Shown piece after piece: positions 12,224-25,275 of a stretch of 64,000 nucleotides of DNA (position 1 is its first letter; each line of letters begins with the position of its first letter). The DNA comes from Octopus vulgaris (taxonomy: Eukaryota), in assembly GCA_951406725.2 (NCBI GenBank), contig OX597842.1, positions 5,084,001-5,148,000 on the forward strand, given 5' to 3'. A program made the position numbers and the translations under genes. A model generated the notes under the pieces. That model was not told the DNA's origin. It ran no database searches and saw only the letters and a list, made by a program, of their open reading frames with translations.

Positions 12224-13534
12224 TCAAAAATGACATTCCTGCAAGTTATATTGAACGATTGCTGACTTTCCAGTTAAGTTGTTGGGTACTCCATGTCCCC
12301 ATTCCCTTAACCATCTCTCAAACTCTGTTTGAGTACAACCGAATGCACCAATGAACATATTTTGAGATATTTAGTATTGAAAACACCAACATGTTGAGGG
12401 TATTCATTTTTTTATTGTTTGTATAAAGTCTTAATTTTACTTTTACTAGTAATCTATCTTTTGCATGCTGTTTATAATGTTTTCTGAATTTATCTTTTAT
12501 CTTTTACTTGTTTTAGTCATTAGACCGTGGCCATGCAAAAGTACTGCTGCCTTGAAGGATTTATTAATTGAATAAAGCGATCCCAATAGATACTGTTTTT
12601 GTCTTTAAGCTTGTCAGTATCTTTTGCCAAAACACTAAGCTACAGGGATGGAAACAAACCAACACTGGTTGTCAAACAGTGGTGGGGGACAAACACAGAC
12701 ACACACACACATATATGGGCTTCTTTCAGTTTCCATCTACCAAATCTTCTCACAAGACTGATCAGCCTGAGGTTATGGCAGAAGACACTTGCCCAAGGTG
12801 CCATGCAGTGAGACTGAACCCAGAACCAAGTGGTTCGGAAGCAAGTTCCTTGCAACACAGCCATGCCTACTCCTGTATTGTCTATATTCTGAATTGCTTT
12901 TGTGTTCTAACTTCTTGGGAGAATCTCTTACATAAATTTATCAGTTTTTGTTGGATTTTTGAAGAACAGTAAATCTCAGTTCATTCTCATTCTCGTTATT
13001 TCCTACATTATTTTCCAAGAAAACATTTCATCATTTAGAAGTAATTGTTCTTCCTCATCTGTCTTTTGTTGTTTCTGTTGGGCTTTTCTCATGACTTTTT
13101 TTTACTCTTTTTTCTTTCTGTAAGCACCCACTACACTCTGTAAAGTGGTTGGTACTAGGAATAGCATTGAACCATAGAAATCTTGTCAAAATAGTCAAAC
13201 CATGCCAGCATGGAAAATGGACATTAAATTATGATGATTGACAATCTTTCAGAGTAAGTCTATCAAAACTGAAAGCATTTGTTTGGCAATTTCTGTAAAT
13301 TATTTTTATTTCTTCAATTTTTTCAGCTAGATTGCTTATGCTTATGTATTTTTTATGTATGTATGTATGTTTGTGCATGTATGTGTATGTATGTATATGT
13401 TTTTTGTGTATGTGTTAAATATACCTACACACACACATACTAAAAAAAAAAACATGCACAAGAAATACAAAAACATAAATGATTAAAGCACCCACGTTAT
13501 ACATTGCTAAGCTAAGATATTCTCTTGCTATTTT

Positions 13535-14020
13535 GAGAGAGAATTGTGATGTCATAGGAGAGAAATGTGTCCGCATGGATGATGGTGCACTTGCATTTAA
13601 TGATTCTGCAAAGAAAGAGGCTTGGAGACGCCATTATGAAAGACTGCTGAATGTGGAGAATGAATGGGAGGAGGAGAGCCTGCCAAATGTTGATCCAGTT
13701 GAGGAACCAGCTACCCAAATCGATAGCACCTTGGTAGATAAAGCAATTAAGGATATCAAGTCAGGGAAAGCCCCTGGCCCATCAGGAATCACTGCTGAGA
13801 TGCTTAAAATATCTGGTGGTGTGGGTTATAGTCTAGTCACCCGTATTGTAAATCAAGTAGTTTACAAAGGAGTCATACCCAATGACTGGTGTAGCAGCAC
13901 CATAGTCAACTGCTACAAAGGTAAAGGTGATGCTTTAGATAGAAATAACTACAGGGATATCAAATTGCTGGATCAGGTGAAGTTCACGGAAAGGGTCATA
14001 GCCCAACAAATTAGGGATAG
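13535..14020 (+). pseudogene. RTE-type LINE fragment (RT N-terminal part)
   Basis: 'AWRRHYERLLN', 'KSGKAPGPSGITAEMLK', 'IPNDW..YKGKGD..NYRDIKLL'. Confidence 0.85.
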
Positions 14021-14510
14021 AGAAGAGAAACTGTGTACAGTTGTGAAAATCAGCTGCCCAGCAGATGTTAACACAAAGCTGAAGATCAGTGAAAAAGAGA
14101 ACACCTGTGCTGAACTATTGAGAAATCTGTAGTTACTCTATCCAGATTACAAGTTCAGGTTTATACCTGTAATTATTGGGACAATGGGATATGTAACACA
14201 CTGCCTAAATGCCAATCTTGAGAAATTAGGCTTCTCAAAACCAGAAAGAAGAAAGCTAATTTAAAGACTACAGATCCAATCCATCACTGGAACTGTCAAA
14301 ATCTGTGAAACTTTCCACAAGTTTATCATTTAAATATATATGATCATGTCTAGATATGCATGAAAATATAGATATAAAACAAAACATACAAATCTGCACA
14401 TATACATACATACTCTGTTGTTGATGTTGAAATTCCATTGAAGGAGCCTAGAATCTAGGTTAGAAACCAGCTCTTTATTAGCAAGAAGCCTTGAACTAAA
14501 ACTAAATAAA
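14021..14510 (+). mobile_element. 3' end of an RLE-endonuclease non-LTR element with its 3' UTR
   Basis: 'CTVVKISCPADVN..EKENT..LYPDYKFRFIPVIIGTMG..LQIQSITGTVKIC' has the layout of a restriction-like endonuclease C-terminus. Confidence 0.65.
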
Positions 14511-15127
14511 GACATACGCATACATACACAAACACCACATACATACATACATACGTGCATGCATGCATACACTTAGACCGCCATATATGTAACTAAGTTC
14601 AAAAGTCGTATAAAACTTTAATTTCTATATTTTTTCTCACTTTTAAATTTTATTTGTTTCTTCAATTTCTTCGGCATTTTACTTCCAATTTTACGAAATG
14701 TGAAAAACAATAAAATTTGTGTAAAGAAAGAAAAGAAAAGGGTCGTCGGGGTTGACTTGAAATTCTGAAATGAACACAAATATATTGTTTACTATTTTAA
14801 GAAAAATAATTACATTTTAAAACCATGCATTACTGGAAAACAATATTTACGTAATTTATAAACATTTAATTAGAAAGAACATTAACAAAATAATTATATG
14901 TAATGATGTATAAAAGTCATCAAAAAATTCCAAACACCAAATAAAGTTGTTCTTATCTGTTCCTATCAGAGCCTGTGGCCATGCTGGAGCACCGTCATTA
15001 CAGGACAAGTAATCGCACCCTAAGTGAACAATATTTTGCTTTCGTTTCGATATCTTAAATATACATTGATGTATTTGTACAAACCCTACTTTTAAGAAAT
15101 TCACCGATTTACCGACAATCTGTCTGT

Positions 15128-15165
<38 letters not shown>

Positions 15166-15286
15166 GTACGTACGAATATTGGTATATATGTATGTATACG
15201 TGCAAATGTGAATACACACACACATGCAAGTATAAATGTATGTTTACACACTAAACGTCTCACCCAAAAATAGAGAGCGGGCCGCA

Positions 15287-15450
15287 ACTCACCTCCACTG
15301 CCTTTTTCCACCACCAAAATACTCAACTGACCATGGAACCGGGTGCTGCAGTGCACCAGTAAGCAATGTGAGTTCGATTTAGAGGTAAGTTACTTGCCAC
15401 GTGCTTCGGAAGTTGTTAGTTTGCGTTGCTAGGAGACAAGCAAGATGACG
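15287..15450 (-). promoter_or_regulatory. Putative promoter and non-coding first exon of a leftward gene
   Basis: Unique CpG-containing island with X-box GTTGCTAGGAGAC (15425-15437), E-box CACGTG (15398-15403) and ETS site CGGAAGT (15407-15413). Minus-strand donor GAG|GTGAGT at 15293/15292. Confidence 0.5.
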
Positions 15451-16309
15451 AGGAGGGGTAGTTGAGAGAAATGTCTCTTTTGGAGGTGTAGGTAGAGGTG
15501 AAGCTGTTAAAGGGGGAGAGATACAGAGACAGTCTGTCTGCCTGGGTCTCTCCCTCCTCCCTCTCTGCCTAGCTGTATGTTCTTTTATCGTTTACTTGTT
15601 TCAGTCATTTGACTGCGCCCTGCTGGGGCACAGCTTTGAAGAAATCCTTAGTCGAATGAACCGACCCCAGAACTTATTATTTTTTTTTAAGCTTTGTACT
15701 TATTCTATGAATCTCTTTTGCTGAACTGCTAAGAAAACAACAGTACCAGTTGTCAAGCAGTGGTGGGGGATAAACACACACACACCGGGTTTCTTTCAGT
15801 TTCCGTTTACCAAATCCACTCACAAATCTCTGGTCAGCCTGAGGCTGTAGTAGAAGACACTTGACTATGGTAACATGCAGTGAGATTGAACCTGGAATTT
15901 TGTGGTTGGGCAGTTAACTTCTTGCCTCACAGCCACGCCTATATGTGTGCGTGCGTGCGTACGTGTATGTATAACATCATCATTTAACGTCCGTTTTCCA
16001 TGATGATGGGTTGGACGGTCTGACAGGAACTGGCAAAGTTAGGGGCTGCGCCAGATTCCACTCGTCTGTTTTGACAGTCTATAACTGAATGCCCTTCCTG
16101 ATGCCAACCATTTTACAGTGTAGTGGGTAATTTTACCTTTTACTTGTTTCAGCCATTATACTGCGACCATGCTAGGACAATGCCTTGAAGAATTTTCAGT
16201 CTAACCAATCCATCGAAGTACATTTTCTGAGACTAACGCTTATTCTATCGGTTTCTTTTACAGAACCACAAACTTACAGGAACATAAACAAACCAGCATC
16301 GGTTAAGCG

Positions 16310-18080
16310 CAGGCAACAAGTGTAGCAATGAATTCAGTGTACAGGTAGGAGTTCGCCAAAGATCGGTTCTCAGCTACCTTTTGGTCATCATAGTCCCCCA
16401 GGTCATAACAACGGTATTTAAGTCGAGCTGCTCTTAGGAGCTCCTCTACACTGATGACCTATTCGATATGTAGAACAGATGTAGGTAGAAATTCCACACG
16501 CTGTACTCAGTGCAAGCTATGGACACATAAATGGTGCTGCAGAATCGGAGGAAGATTAACAGAGAAAGTAGTGTTTGTGTGTGGCAGATGTATAGGGACA
16601 ATAAACGAATCTTTACCTTTTGACCTACAGATTTAAAAAATATTTTTTTGTAACTAAACACTTTCAAACTTCGGACACTTTTACTTTTAGCATTTTTGAC
16701 AAAAAACTTATATTTACGAAGTAATTTCACGTCAAAGTTGTCGTATTTCGGTAATTTCAACCAATTAATGACATATATTCAGCTGAATAAAATTACTGCC
16801 GTTGTTTGTCAACAAGAACTTCCGGCGGTGTATTTTTCGTTTGTCACTGTTATTTATGACAACCCTAACCCTAAAACCCTTATCCTAACCCCAAAACCTT
16901 AAAGCTAAAACCAGTACAAACGCACGAGCGATGTCATAAATAACAGTGACAAACAAAATATTCACCGCCGATAGTTGTTGATGACAAACAACGGCTGTAA
17001 TTTTATTCAGCTGAATACGCATCATTGATTGGTTGAAATTACTGAAATAGGACTACTTTGACGTGAAATTACTTCGTAAATATAAGTTTTTCTCAAAAAT
17101 GCTAAGATAAAACATGTTTTATATGACACATTCTACCAGTATCCAAAGTTTCAAAGTGTTTAGTTACAAAAAGTTATTTTTTAAATCTGTAGGTCAAAAG
17201 GTAAAGATTCCAATAAACACTAGTAATTTACAGAAAATAGACTTCGTCAAGTGCCCCGGGGACGGGGTCCTTAGAAGTTGTAGATAGCTTCCGTTACCTA
17301 GGTGACTAAGTCAGCAGTGGAGGTCGATGCTGTGAGAGTGTAGCTGCGAGAATAAGACAAAGTTCAGAGAGCTTCTACTTTCGTTGGTAACAAACGACAT
17401 CCCCCTCAAAGTGAAAGGCAGATTGTATGATGCCTTGCGCGAACAGCCATGCTACATGGCAGTGAGATATGGCTGTGAATGTAGAGGACATGCGAAGGCT
17501 TGAAAGAAATGAAGCCAGTATGGCTCCGCTGGTTGTACAATGTCAATGTGCACATACGGCAGAGTACAAGAGTCTTTTGAGAAAATTTGGGTATAAGAGA
17601 CATCAGATATGTGCAAGAGAGAAGACTGCGCTGGTATGATCATGTGATGCGTATGGACGAGGACAGCTGCGTAAAGAAGTGCCGAGCTCTAACTGTAGGG
17701 AACCTGTAGAAGAGGTAGACCCAGGAAGACGTGGGATAAGGTGGTGAAATATGATCTTCGGTTGTTGAGTCTTACTCAGGCGATGACAAGTGACCGAGAC
17801 TTTTGACGATTTGCTGTGCTTGAGAAGACACGTCAAGCTAAGCGAAATCGTAGTTGTGGCCAGGGACGGTGACACGCAGAAGGCACCGGTGCCGGTGACA
17901 CGTAAAATACACCCAGTATACTCTGAGGAGTGGTTGGCATTAGGAAGGGAAGGGCATGGAGCTGTAGAAACCAAGCCAAATCAGACTGAAGCCTGGTACA
18001 GCTCTCCAGTTTACCAGTTTCTATTCAAACCGTTTAACCCATGCTAGCATGGAAAATGGACACTAAATGATGATTATGAT
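16310..18080 (+). mobile_element. 5'-truncated RTE-type LINE interrupted by a MITE
   Basis: RT motif remnant near 16340, Cys-rich insert 'CRTDVGRNSTRCTQCKLWTHKWC..FVCGRC', 'FRYLGD', 'RLRWYDHVMRM', 'RGRPRKTW', then the (GAT)-type tail. A second degenerate copy lies at ~37060-37900. Confidence 0.8.
16607..17210. mobile_element. Fold-back MITE with ~255-280 bp TIRs and an 8-bp TSD
   Basis: Termini GAATCTTTACC...GGTAAAGATTC; TSD CAATAAAC at 16599-16606 and 17211-17218; the arms pair inward to ~16861/16932. Confidence 0.9.
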
Positions 18081-18166
18081 ATATATTTATTAATATTTAG
18101 CAGAAGTAACAGAGGGACTCAAGGTCCGAGAGTTTCGTGCGTTGGCACTATTCATCATATTATATA

Positions 18167-19439
18167 CAGGGCCATGCAGGAAGTAAATAGACACCTTTAA
18201 ATTAAAAAAAGTTCTGATCTAAGCGTCTTAATATGTTTTCAGCTGCGTAGAATTTACAATGTAATTATTCTTTTTCATTCCAGGTCTCATTATATTAAAC
18301 ATTTGCGAAGAATAACCATGCCACGCATAAAAAATTCAGCAGAACTGTCAGATTTTCAAAGAGGTCATATTGTTGGGCAATCTGAGGCTGATCTTAGCCA
18401 GCGAAAATTGCCAAAAATCTTCAAATTCTTGTTGCTCCTGTTAATAGAATTATAGTGCAAAAGCCAAGGAAAAGAATCAACAGATTCTCGTCCCGGCCGA
18501 CCTGGGTCCTCGGAAAGGAAGCTTTGCTGTTTGAAGAGAATTGTAGAAAACGAACCCCAGTTCGAAGGCTTCTGACATTGCAAAACAGCTAGAAGTTAGT
18601 CCAAGAACGTGTGTTACATATTTGCATAAACTTGGGTATTATGGACGAGCAGCTAGAAGAAAACCTCTCCTTCAACCAATTAATATCATGAAAAGAAAGA
18701 AATGGGCGAAGGAGATGTCAGAAAAATCCAGTTCATTTTGAGATAGAGTGATTTTCTCAGATGAATCCAGATCTGCATTAATTTCAGACTGTGGACGTGT
18801 TTGTGTCTGGAGGCTTCCCAATCAAGAATTTGATTTGAAACAACTCCGACCAACTGTGAAACATGGCGGTATCTCTGTAATGGTATGGGGAGTTGTCACT
18901 AGCAATGGTCGTTCTGAGCTGATCGAATATGTTGGAACCATAAACTCTGAAAAATACATCGAAATACTTAAGCAAGGACTACTTCCGATGTATTCACACG
19001 ATAACATAACGAAAAATGAGTTTTAATTCATGGAAGATGGGACTCCATGCCACACAGTGAATAGGAAATAACAATGGTTGACTGAAAATGGGATCAAAAA
19101 GCTTCCTTGGCCGAGCCAATCACCAAACTTGAACCCAATTGAAAATCTTTGGAGCATACTAGATAGAGCTATACGAAAAACTCGACAGAAACCTAAATCT
19201 AAAGCTGAATTGTTTCGATTGTTGCGTGAAAAATGGGCAGAAATTCCACAAGAGACAATCTCAAAGCTCATCAGTTCAATGCCAAAAAGAGTTTCTGAAT
19301 TCAAAACTGCAAAGGGAACGTCAACTAAATACTAAAGTATGTAGCCCTACCTATCGGTTACATTTCAATTGTTCGCTTTGCATATCAAATAAAAGATTTG
19401 GAAAATTAAAGGTGTCTATTTACTTCCTGCATATCTGAG
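18167..19439 (+). mobile_element. Tc1-family DNA transposon (DD34E), defective
   Basis: TIR core ATGCAGGAAGTAAATAGACACCTTTAA at both ends with TA flanks. Transposase remnant 18318-19335: 'MPRIKNSAELSDFQRGHIVG', 'VIFSDES', 'FMEDGTPCH', 'WPSQSPNLNPIENLW'. Confidence 0.9.
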
Positions 19440-19849
19440 TATTTATATGGCAAGAAGTTTGCCTCCCAGCCACATGGTTCAGTATGTGTGGTACCTTGGG
19501 CAAGTGTTTTCTACTATAACCCTGAGCCAACCAAAGCCTTCCTTGTGAGTGGATTTGGTTGATGGGAACTGACGAAAACATATACACATGCACACGTGCG
19601 TGCGTGTGTGAGCAGGACTAGGAAAAGTGAATTGGGGATAACGATCAATGAAAAGGGAAGACACAAGACCAAGCCGGTCGGTAGGCCGAAAAAACACGAG
19701 ACGGAAGGAGTAATAATACAATGAGAGGGATTGAGAGTGAGAAAGACAAGGAAAAGAAGAGAGATAATTTGAGCAAAAGAGCGAGAGAGACAAAGCGTGA
19801 AGGAAAGGAAGAACTATAGAAAGAGGAGGGGAGGAGAGCGAGCAGAGAA

Positions 19850-19881
<32 letters not shown>

Positions 19882-20209
19882 AGTGTGTGTGTGAGAGAGA
19901 GAGAGAGAAAGAGAGAAATAAAGAAAAAATGTAGATAGACAGAAGGAAGAAGGACGGATCTTTTCAATCTCAGTCAGTTTTTTAATTAATTTTTTTTAAC
20001 TAAACAGTTAGAAACTTCGGATACTGGTTGAATGTGTCACGTAGATCAGGGTTTCGAAATGATCCAGGGCGGCAAGCGAAGAGAGTGAAAGTGTGTGTGT
20101 GAGAGAGAGAGAGAGGGGGGGGGAGAAAGAGAGTTAGCGAGATGATGTTGATGATGACGAAAATGACGACGACGACGACCATGATGATGATGATGATGAT
20201 TTATCTGAA

Positions 20210-20470
20210 CCAAACAGGAAGTATTTCAATAGGTTTACCTCGGTAGTTTGTGCAGCCAGTTGCTATGGAAGGTTGCTATGGTGAATATTGTTTACAACAG
20301 CTGCAAGATGGCGTCCTTGAATTGCCCTACTGCGATACGGTGCTGCACTGTTGTGTTGCGGAGCTGCTACTGTTGTTGTTGGTGGTGGTGATGGTGATGG
20401 TGTTGGTGCTAGTGTTGGTGGCGACAGCCGTCGTCGGTGTCGTTGCCGTCGACGACGTAGAGTTAGTTCT
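20210..20470 (+). promoter_or_regulatory. Putative promoter and first exon of a rightward gene
   Basis: ETS site CAGGAAGT (20215-20222), tandem X-box-like GTTGCTATGGAAGG and GTTGCTATGGTGAA (20259-20285), forkhead TGTTTAC (20289-20295), YY1-like CAAGATGGCG (20304-20313), a CpG-rich stretch and a possible donor GTTAGT near 20462. Confidence 0.5.
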
Positions 20471-21479
20471 AAGTTTGTTTATATGAGGGACAGATCACTT
20501 TAAGTATTAATATCCTTTCGAAATTATGGTGTTTTTGTTTGTCATAAAGAGTGGCGGTGGTAGTATTTGTGTTGGTGCATTGTGAAGGGTGGATAGTAAC
20601 AGCAACGGCGTGTTGTTGTTGTTGTTACTGTTGTTGATTAGCCAGAAGCCAAGCCTGGTCGAAGAGAGCTTTTAATCAAAATACTTTTAAAAGAACGTTT
20701 GACAGGAATTATATAATGGTGGTGGTGGTGGCGGCTGTTGTTATGGTTATGATGATGGTGGTGATGGCGGTGTAGTATCTTCTATTTTATTTTTTACTTG
20801 TTTCAGTCAAAGGATTACGGCCATACTGAAGGGATTGTTCTTAGTCGAACAAATCAACCACAGTAGGGTTTTTTTTTTTAATCCCGGTACCTATTCTATT
20901 AGTCTGTATTTGCCAAACCGCTAGTTGGGGTGTAAACGAACCAACACTAGTTGTCAAGCGGCGGTGGAGGACAATCACACATACATGCGCATGCGCGCAC
21001 ACGCAAACACACTAACACACATACTCACACACACACACATACACATACACAAAACATATATATACGACGGGGTTCTTTCAGTTTCCATCCACTAAATCCT
21101 CTCACGAGGCTGTGGGCTGCCCGGGGCTATAGCAGAGGACACTTCACACAGTGGGATTGAACCCGGAACTATGTGGTTGGAAAGCAAACTTCTTATCACA
21201 CAGCTACGCCTGCGTCTATACAAAGTATCTTTCAACGCGGCTAGGACCTCGTCCCCTTTTGTAAATGAGAGTCTTATCTATATAAGACTCACATTTGAAG
21301 CAATTCCAGCACCTTCCTCTCATAGGCCTAAAATTGGCGACCCTTTCTTAAATCCAAAGGACTACATTAGATAATGGGTCTTTCTCTTGCAAGACATTAG
21401 GGAGATTTAACTGTTATTTCCTGCGGGTTTAGCGACCACGTAGAGACTCACTTTAGCGGTGGAACGTATGTGTTGTGAC

Positions 21480-22260
21480 TGTGGTTATGTTGGGGAGGCA
21501 TAGGGTGGTGGTGGTGGTTGCAAGGGATGACGTCATGTTTTGTGTTGACATTGGTACACACTTTAGTGGCATTGATGAAGTGGTCATATAGTAGTGGTAG
21601 TAGTAGTAGTTGTTGTTGTGTTGATGGTGTCAATGTTGGTGGTGGAGGAAGGCAGTGTCTGTGGTATTAGTGGTGTGTTTGATGTGGTTTGGTGGTGGTG
21701 ATAGCAGTACTGGTGGCGGCGGTGGTGATAGTAGTGGTGGTGGTTGTGATGGTGATAATAGTAGTAGTAGTGGTGGTGGTGGTTGTTTTGGTTGCGGTGG
21801 TGGTGGTGGTGGTTGATTTTGTGCTAGTAGTATGATAATGATGCTTGGAGTTACTGTGAATGTGTTGTGGTTGAGCAGTGTTTGTATTGCTCGTAACTAC
21901 ACACACACACACTTATAGCCACACAATAGAGAGAGAGAGAGACAGAGACAGAGAGAAGTACAGGTGGGGGTGGAGGTGCAGTGTGGTGGTTTGTGGTGTT
22001 GTGGCTTATTCCAGAAAGCAGAAATATTAACAGCAACAAGTCGCAATTAATCAGAAAAACAAGGTATATATAATTATACACATATATATATATTATAGGT
22101 TAAGAAATATATACATGTATGTATGTATGTATTTATGTATGTATGTATGTATGTATGTATGTATGTATGTATGTATGTATGTATGTATTTATGTATGTAT
22201 GTATGTATGTATGTGTGTATACATATATGTAATTGTATGTCTGTATATTTTAGTCATACA
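21480..22260. repeat. Low-complexity (GGT/GTA/GTT)n and (TATG)n microsatellites
   Basis: Simple repeats visible directly. Confidence 0.85.
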
Positions 22261-23322
22261 TACACACACACATGTACACATTTTTTATTGTTTACTTGAT
22301 TGAGTTATTAAATTGTGGTCATGCTGGAGCACATATTTCAGGAGTTTTAGGTTAAATGAATTAACCCTGATATTAAATTTTTTAAAGCCTGGTACTTATT
22401 TTATCAGCCTCTTTTGCCAAGCCACTAAGTTATGGGCTCATAAGCAATTCATCAACAATTGTCAAGTGGTGGTATGCACATACATACTATATATGTGTGT
22501 GTGTGTGTGTGTGTATATAGAGAGAGTATGAGGGGTTTAGTTCACTTGTGATCTGAGCGAATTCGTATGCTGGGTAAGTGCTATAATTGGTCAACTGTTA
22601 GGCTCCAAGGTCACAGCCAAGGTTGGATCTAGGGATCCGTGTTAGGGTTCCATTGTAGCAAGTATATATTATATAAGAGGTAAAATCAAAACCAAAGCAG
22701 AATAAATATCTCAAGTGTCATTTAGAATAATTTAATTAGGATAAGGTGAAGTCTTACAGCCATTTCTGGAAAAGCTTAAGAGGTAGGTTAGCATGTCAAA
22801 GACAAGGTTTGAATATTTTAGACAGGGAAAATTTACAGTTTACAAAGAATAAAATTCACAGTTTATAAAGAATAAAATAGAAGAATAAAGAGTAAAGGTA
22901 GTTAGAAGAATATAGGTAGGAGAAGAATGTTCACAATTCATCTTTTTCCTGAGGCTATGGATGTTGGTCAGTACTTCCATGAAGATGTGTGTGTGTGTAT
23001 GTATGTATATGCATGTATTTGTGCATGCTTATGTGCATATGTGTATGTATGTAGATATGTCTATGTATGTGTGTGTTACCTCTCTATCAACATAATTTTC
23101 TTAGAAACTAACTTCAAACTCAATAATTTTTAGTTTTCTTAGTTTGTAATTTTAAGTTTAGTTTGCATAATAGTGGTTTTTCTCTAATTTATATATATTA
23201 TATATTTATATTGTGAAATTTGATTTAATACTAAATTGAATTTTTCCCTGTAAGTTTGGAGTTATACTCCCTAATATTATTATTGTTGTTGTTATTCTAA
23301 TACATACATATATATATATGTA

Positions 23323-24556
23323 TTGGGTTGTTCGGAAAGTTCATGCCGATTTATAGTAGCTTACCTTTCGACTTATTTTAGAACATGTTTGAGTCCATAA
23401 AATAGGATTTTACTACATCTCCATTTAGAGTACAGTTTAAGCTATCTTTCCGTGGAAGAAGGTTTCTGTTCCTATAATCTGTTAATTCTGCAACCCTTTA
23501 AAATGGAAGATAAGAAAGTTCATTTTCAGCACTTGATGCTTTTTTTTTTCTGTAAAGGGAAAAATGCCTCATAAGCAACCAAAGAAATATGCGCAGTTTA
23601 CGGTGATGTTTCTTTATCCGAAAGAACTGTACAGAAGTGGTTCGCAAGGTTCTGAGCTGGAGATTGTAGCCAAAAGAGCAATCAGGCAGACCATCCACTA
23701 CAGATGATGATCAAATCAAGTCATTAATTGAGAATAACCCACATTGCACAAGCCAAGAATTGGCAGCAAGCCTCAACCTATCAAAATCCGTCTTTCATGA
23801 GCAACTGGTAAAGCTTGGGTATACAAATCGCTACAATATTTGGGTACCACATGAGTACCTTTTGGATCACATTTCCATCTGTGATTTGCTTTATAAACGG
23901 AATGAAAACGCGTGTTTTTTAAAGCAAATTGTGACTGGTGATGAGAAATGGATTATCTACCAAAATGTTCAGAGAAAGCGATCCTGGAGTAAGCTACCCC
24001 AAAAGTGGGTCTTCACCTTAAAAAAGTCTTGCCTTGTGTCTGGTGGGATTGGAAAGGAATTCTGTACTATGAGCTTTTCCCAAGTAACCAGATAATTAAT
24101 TCTGAGAAATATTGCACACAACTAGACGAGTTAAGAGCAGCAATTCAAGAGATACGTCCAGAATTGGCCAACAGGAAGGGTGTTTTTTTCCAACATGATA
24201 ATGCAAGACCTTTGGGAACCAGACAAAAATTGCCGCAGCTCGGCTGGGATGTGTTACCCCACCCTCCATATTCACCAGATATTACTCCTTCGGATTTCCA
24301 CTTATTCAGGTCTCTGCAGAATAGTCTTAATGGTAAAAATTTCAATTCCTTGGATGATGTAAAAAGATACCTTGATGAATTCTTTGCCATGAAACCACCT
24401 CAATTCTGGGAAGAGGGTATTTTCAAGTTAAAGGAAAGATGGAGACGCTTGTGCAACAAAATGGTTCATATTTGGTTGATTAAAAATGTAATGGCAAGTA
24501 TTTATTGACCTTTTCCTTTCCTTTAAAAATTGGCACAAACTTTCCGGACAACCCAA
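23323..24556 (+). mobile_element. mariner-family transposon (DD34D), full-length but frameshifted
   Basis: TIRs TTGGGTTGTTCGGAAAGTT / AACTTTCCGGACAACCCAA with TA TSD; motifs 'WVPHE', 'IVTGDEKWI', 'QHDNARP', 'HPPYSPDITPSDFHLF'. Confidence 0.93.
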
Positions 24557-24569
24557 TATATATGTGTGA

Positions 24570-24605
<36 letters not shown>

Positions 24606-25275
24606 CTGTATGAGTTAGAGGTTAAGAAACCATCTAAGGGATATTAAATATCCAATATACTTCTGGATGTGTACCTAATTATTTATAACCAGTCAAACCG
24701 TCCAACCCATGCCAGCATGGAAAGCAGACGTTAAATGACGATAAAAACAACATTCGAGCGTGGTCGTGGTCATTGCTTACTATTGCATGGCAATATCGCA
24801 AATTGGGTATTAGGTATGGGTGGGTGTAAATTAGCAATTTACCAGGATTTATAAGGCAAATAAGTAAATGGCAGAGGATATCCAATAGACAAACATCAAC
24901 CAGTAAACATTCAATTATATCTAATTAGTAAATGACCACAAATATATGTGTGATACAAATTAATGAATGAAATATGTCAATAACTACATAAACAGATATA
25001 TACATCTACATATACTATATAGAACTTTGACATCTATTTCTCCCCTATTTCTATAAATTGAAAATCTTTCTTATCTCCTTTCAATTGATCATTCTTCCCA
25101 AACCTTCTAGCAGTTCACAACAACTGAATATTCTGAATATTCTTCAGTCAGTTGATAAACTCTACTACCTTAATGTTCTTAAAATTTAAATCGACATCTT
25201 TGTCTATATATCTACCTTCTCTATAATGTTATCAATTGATATGAAAATTATGTATTAATGGAAAACCTCTATGAA

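Noticed and set aside
16862-16910. True telomere or chromosome fusion scar
   Set aside because: Only a few degenerate units are present, enclosed in the loop of a TSD-flanked MITE.
20250-20486. 78-aa hydrophobic ORF, and the short Cys/Trp-rich ORF from ATG 20308
   Set aside because: Both are driven by (GTT/GGT)n repeats in a probable promoter or 5' UTR; at most a uORF, with no independent support.
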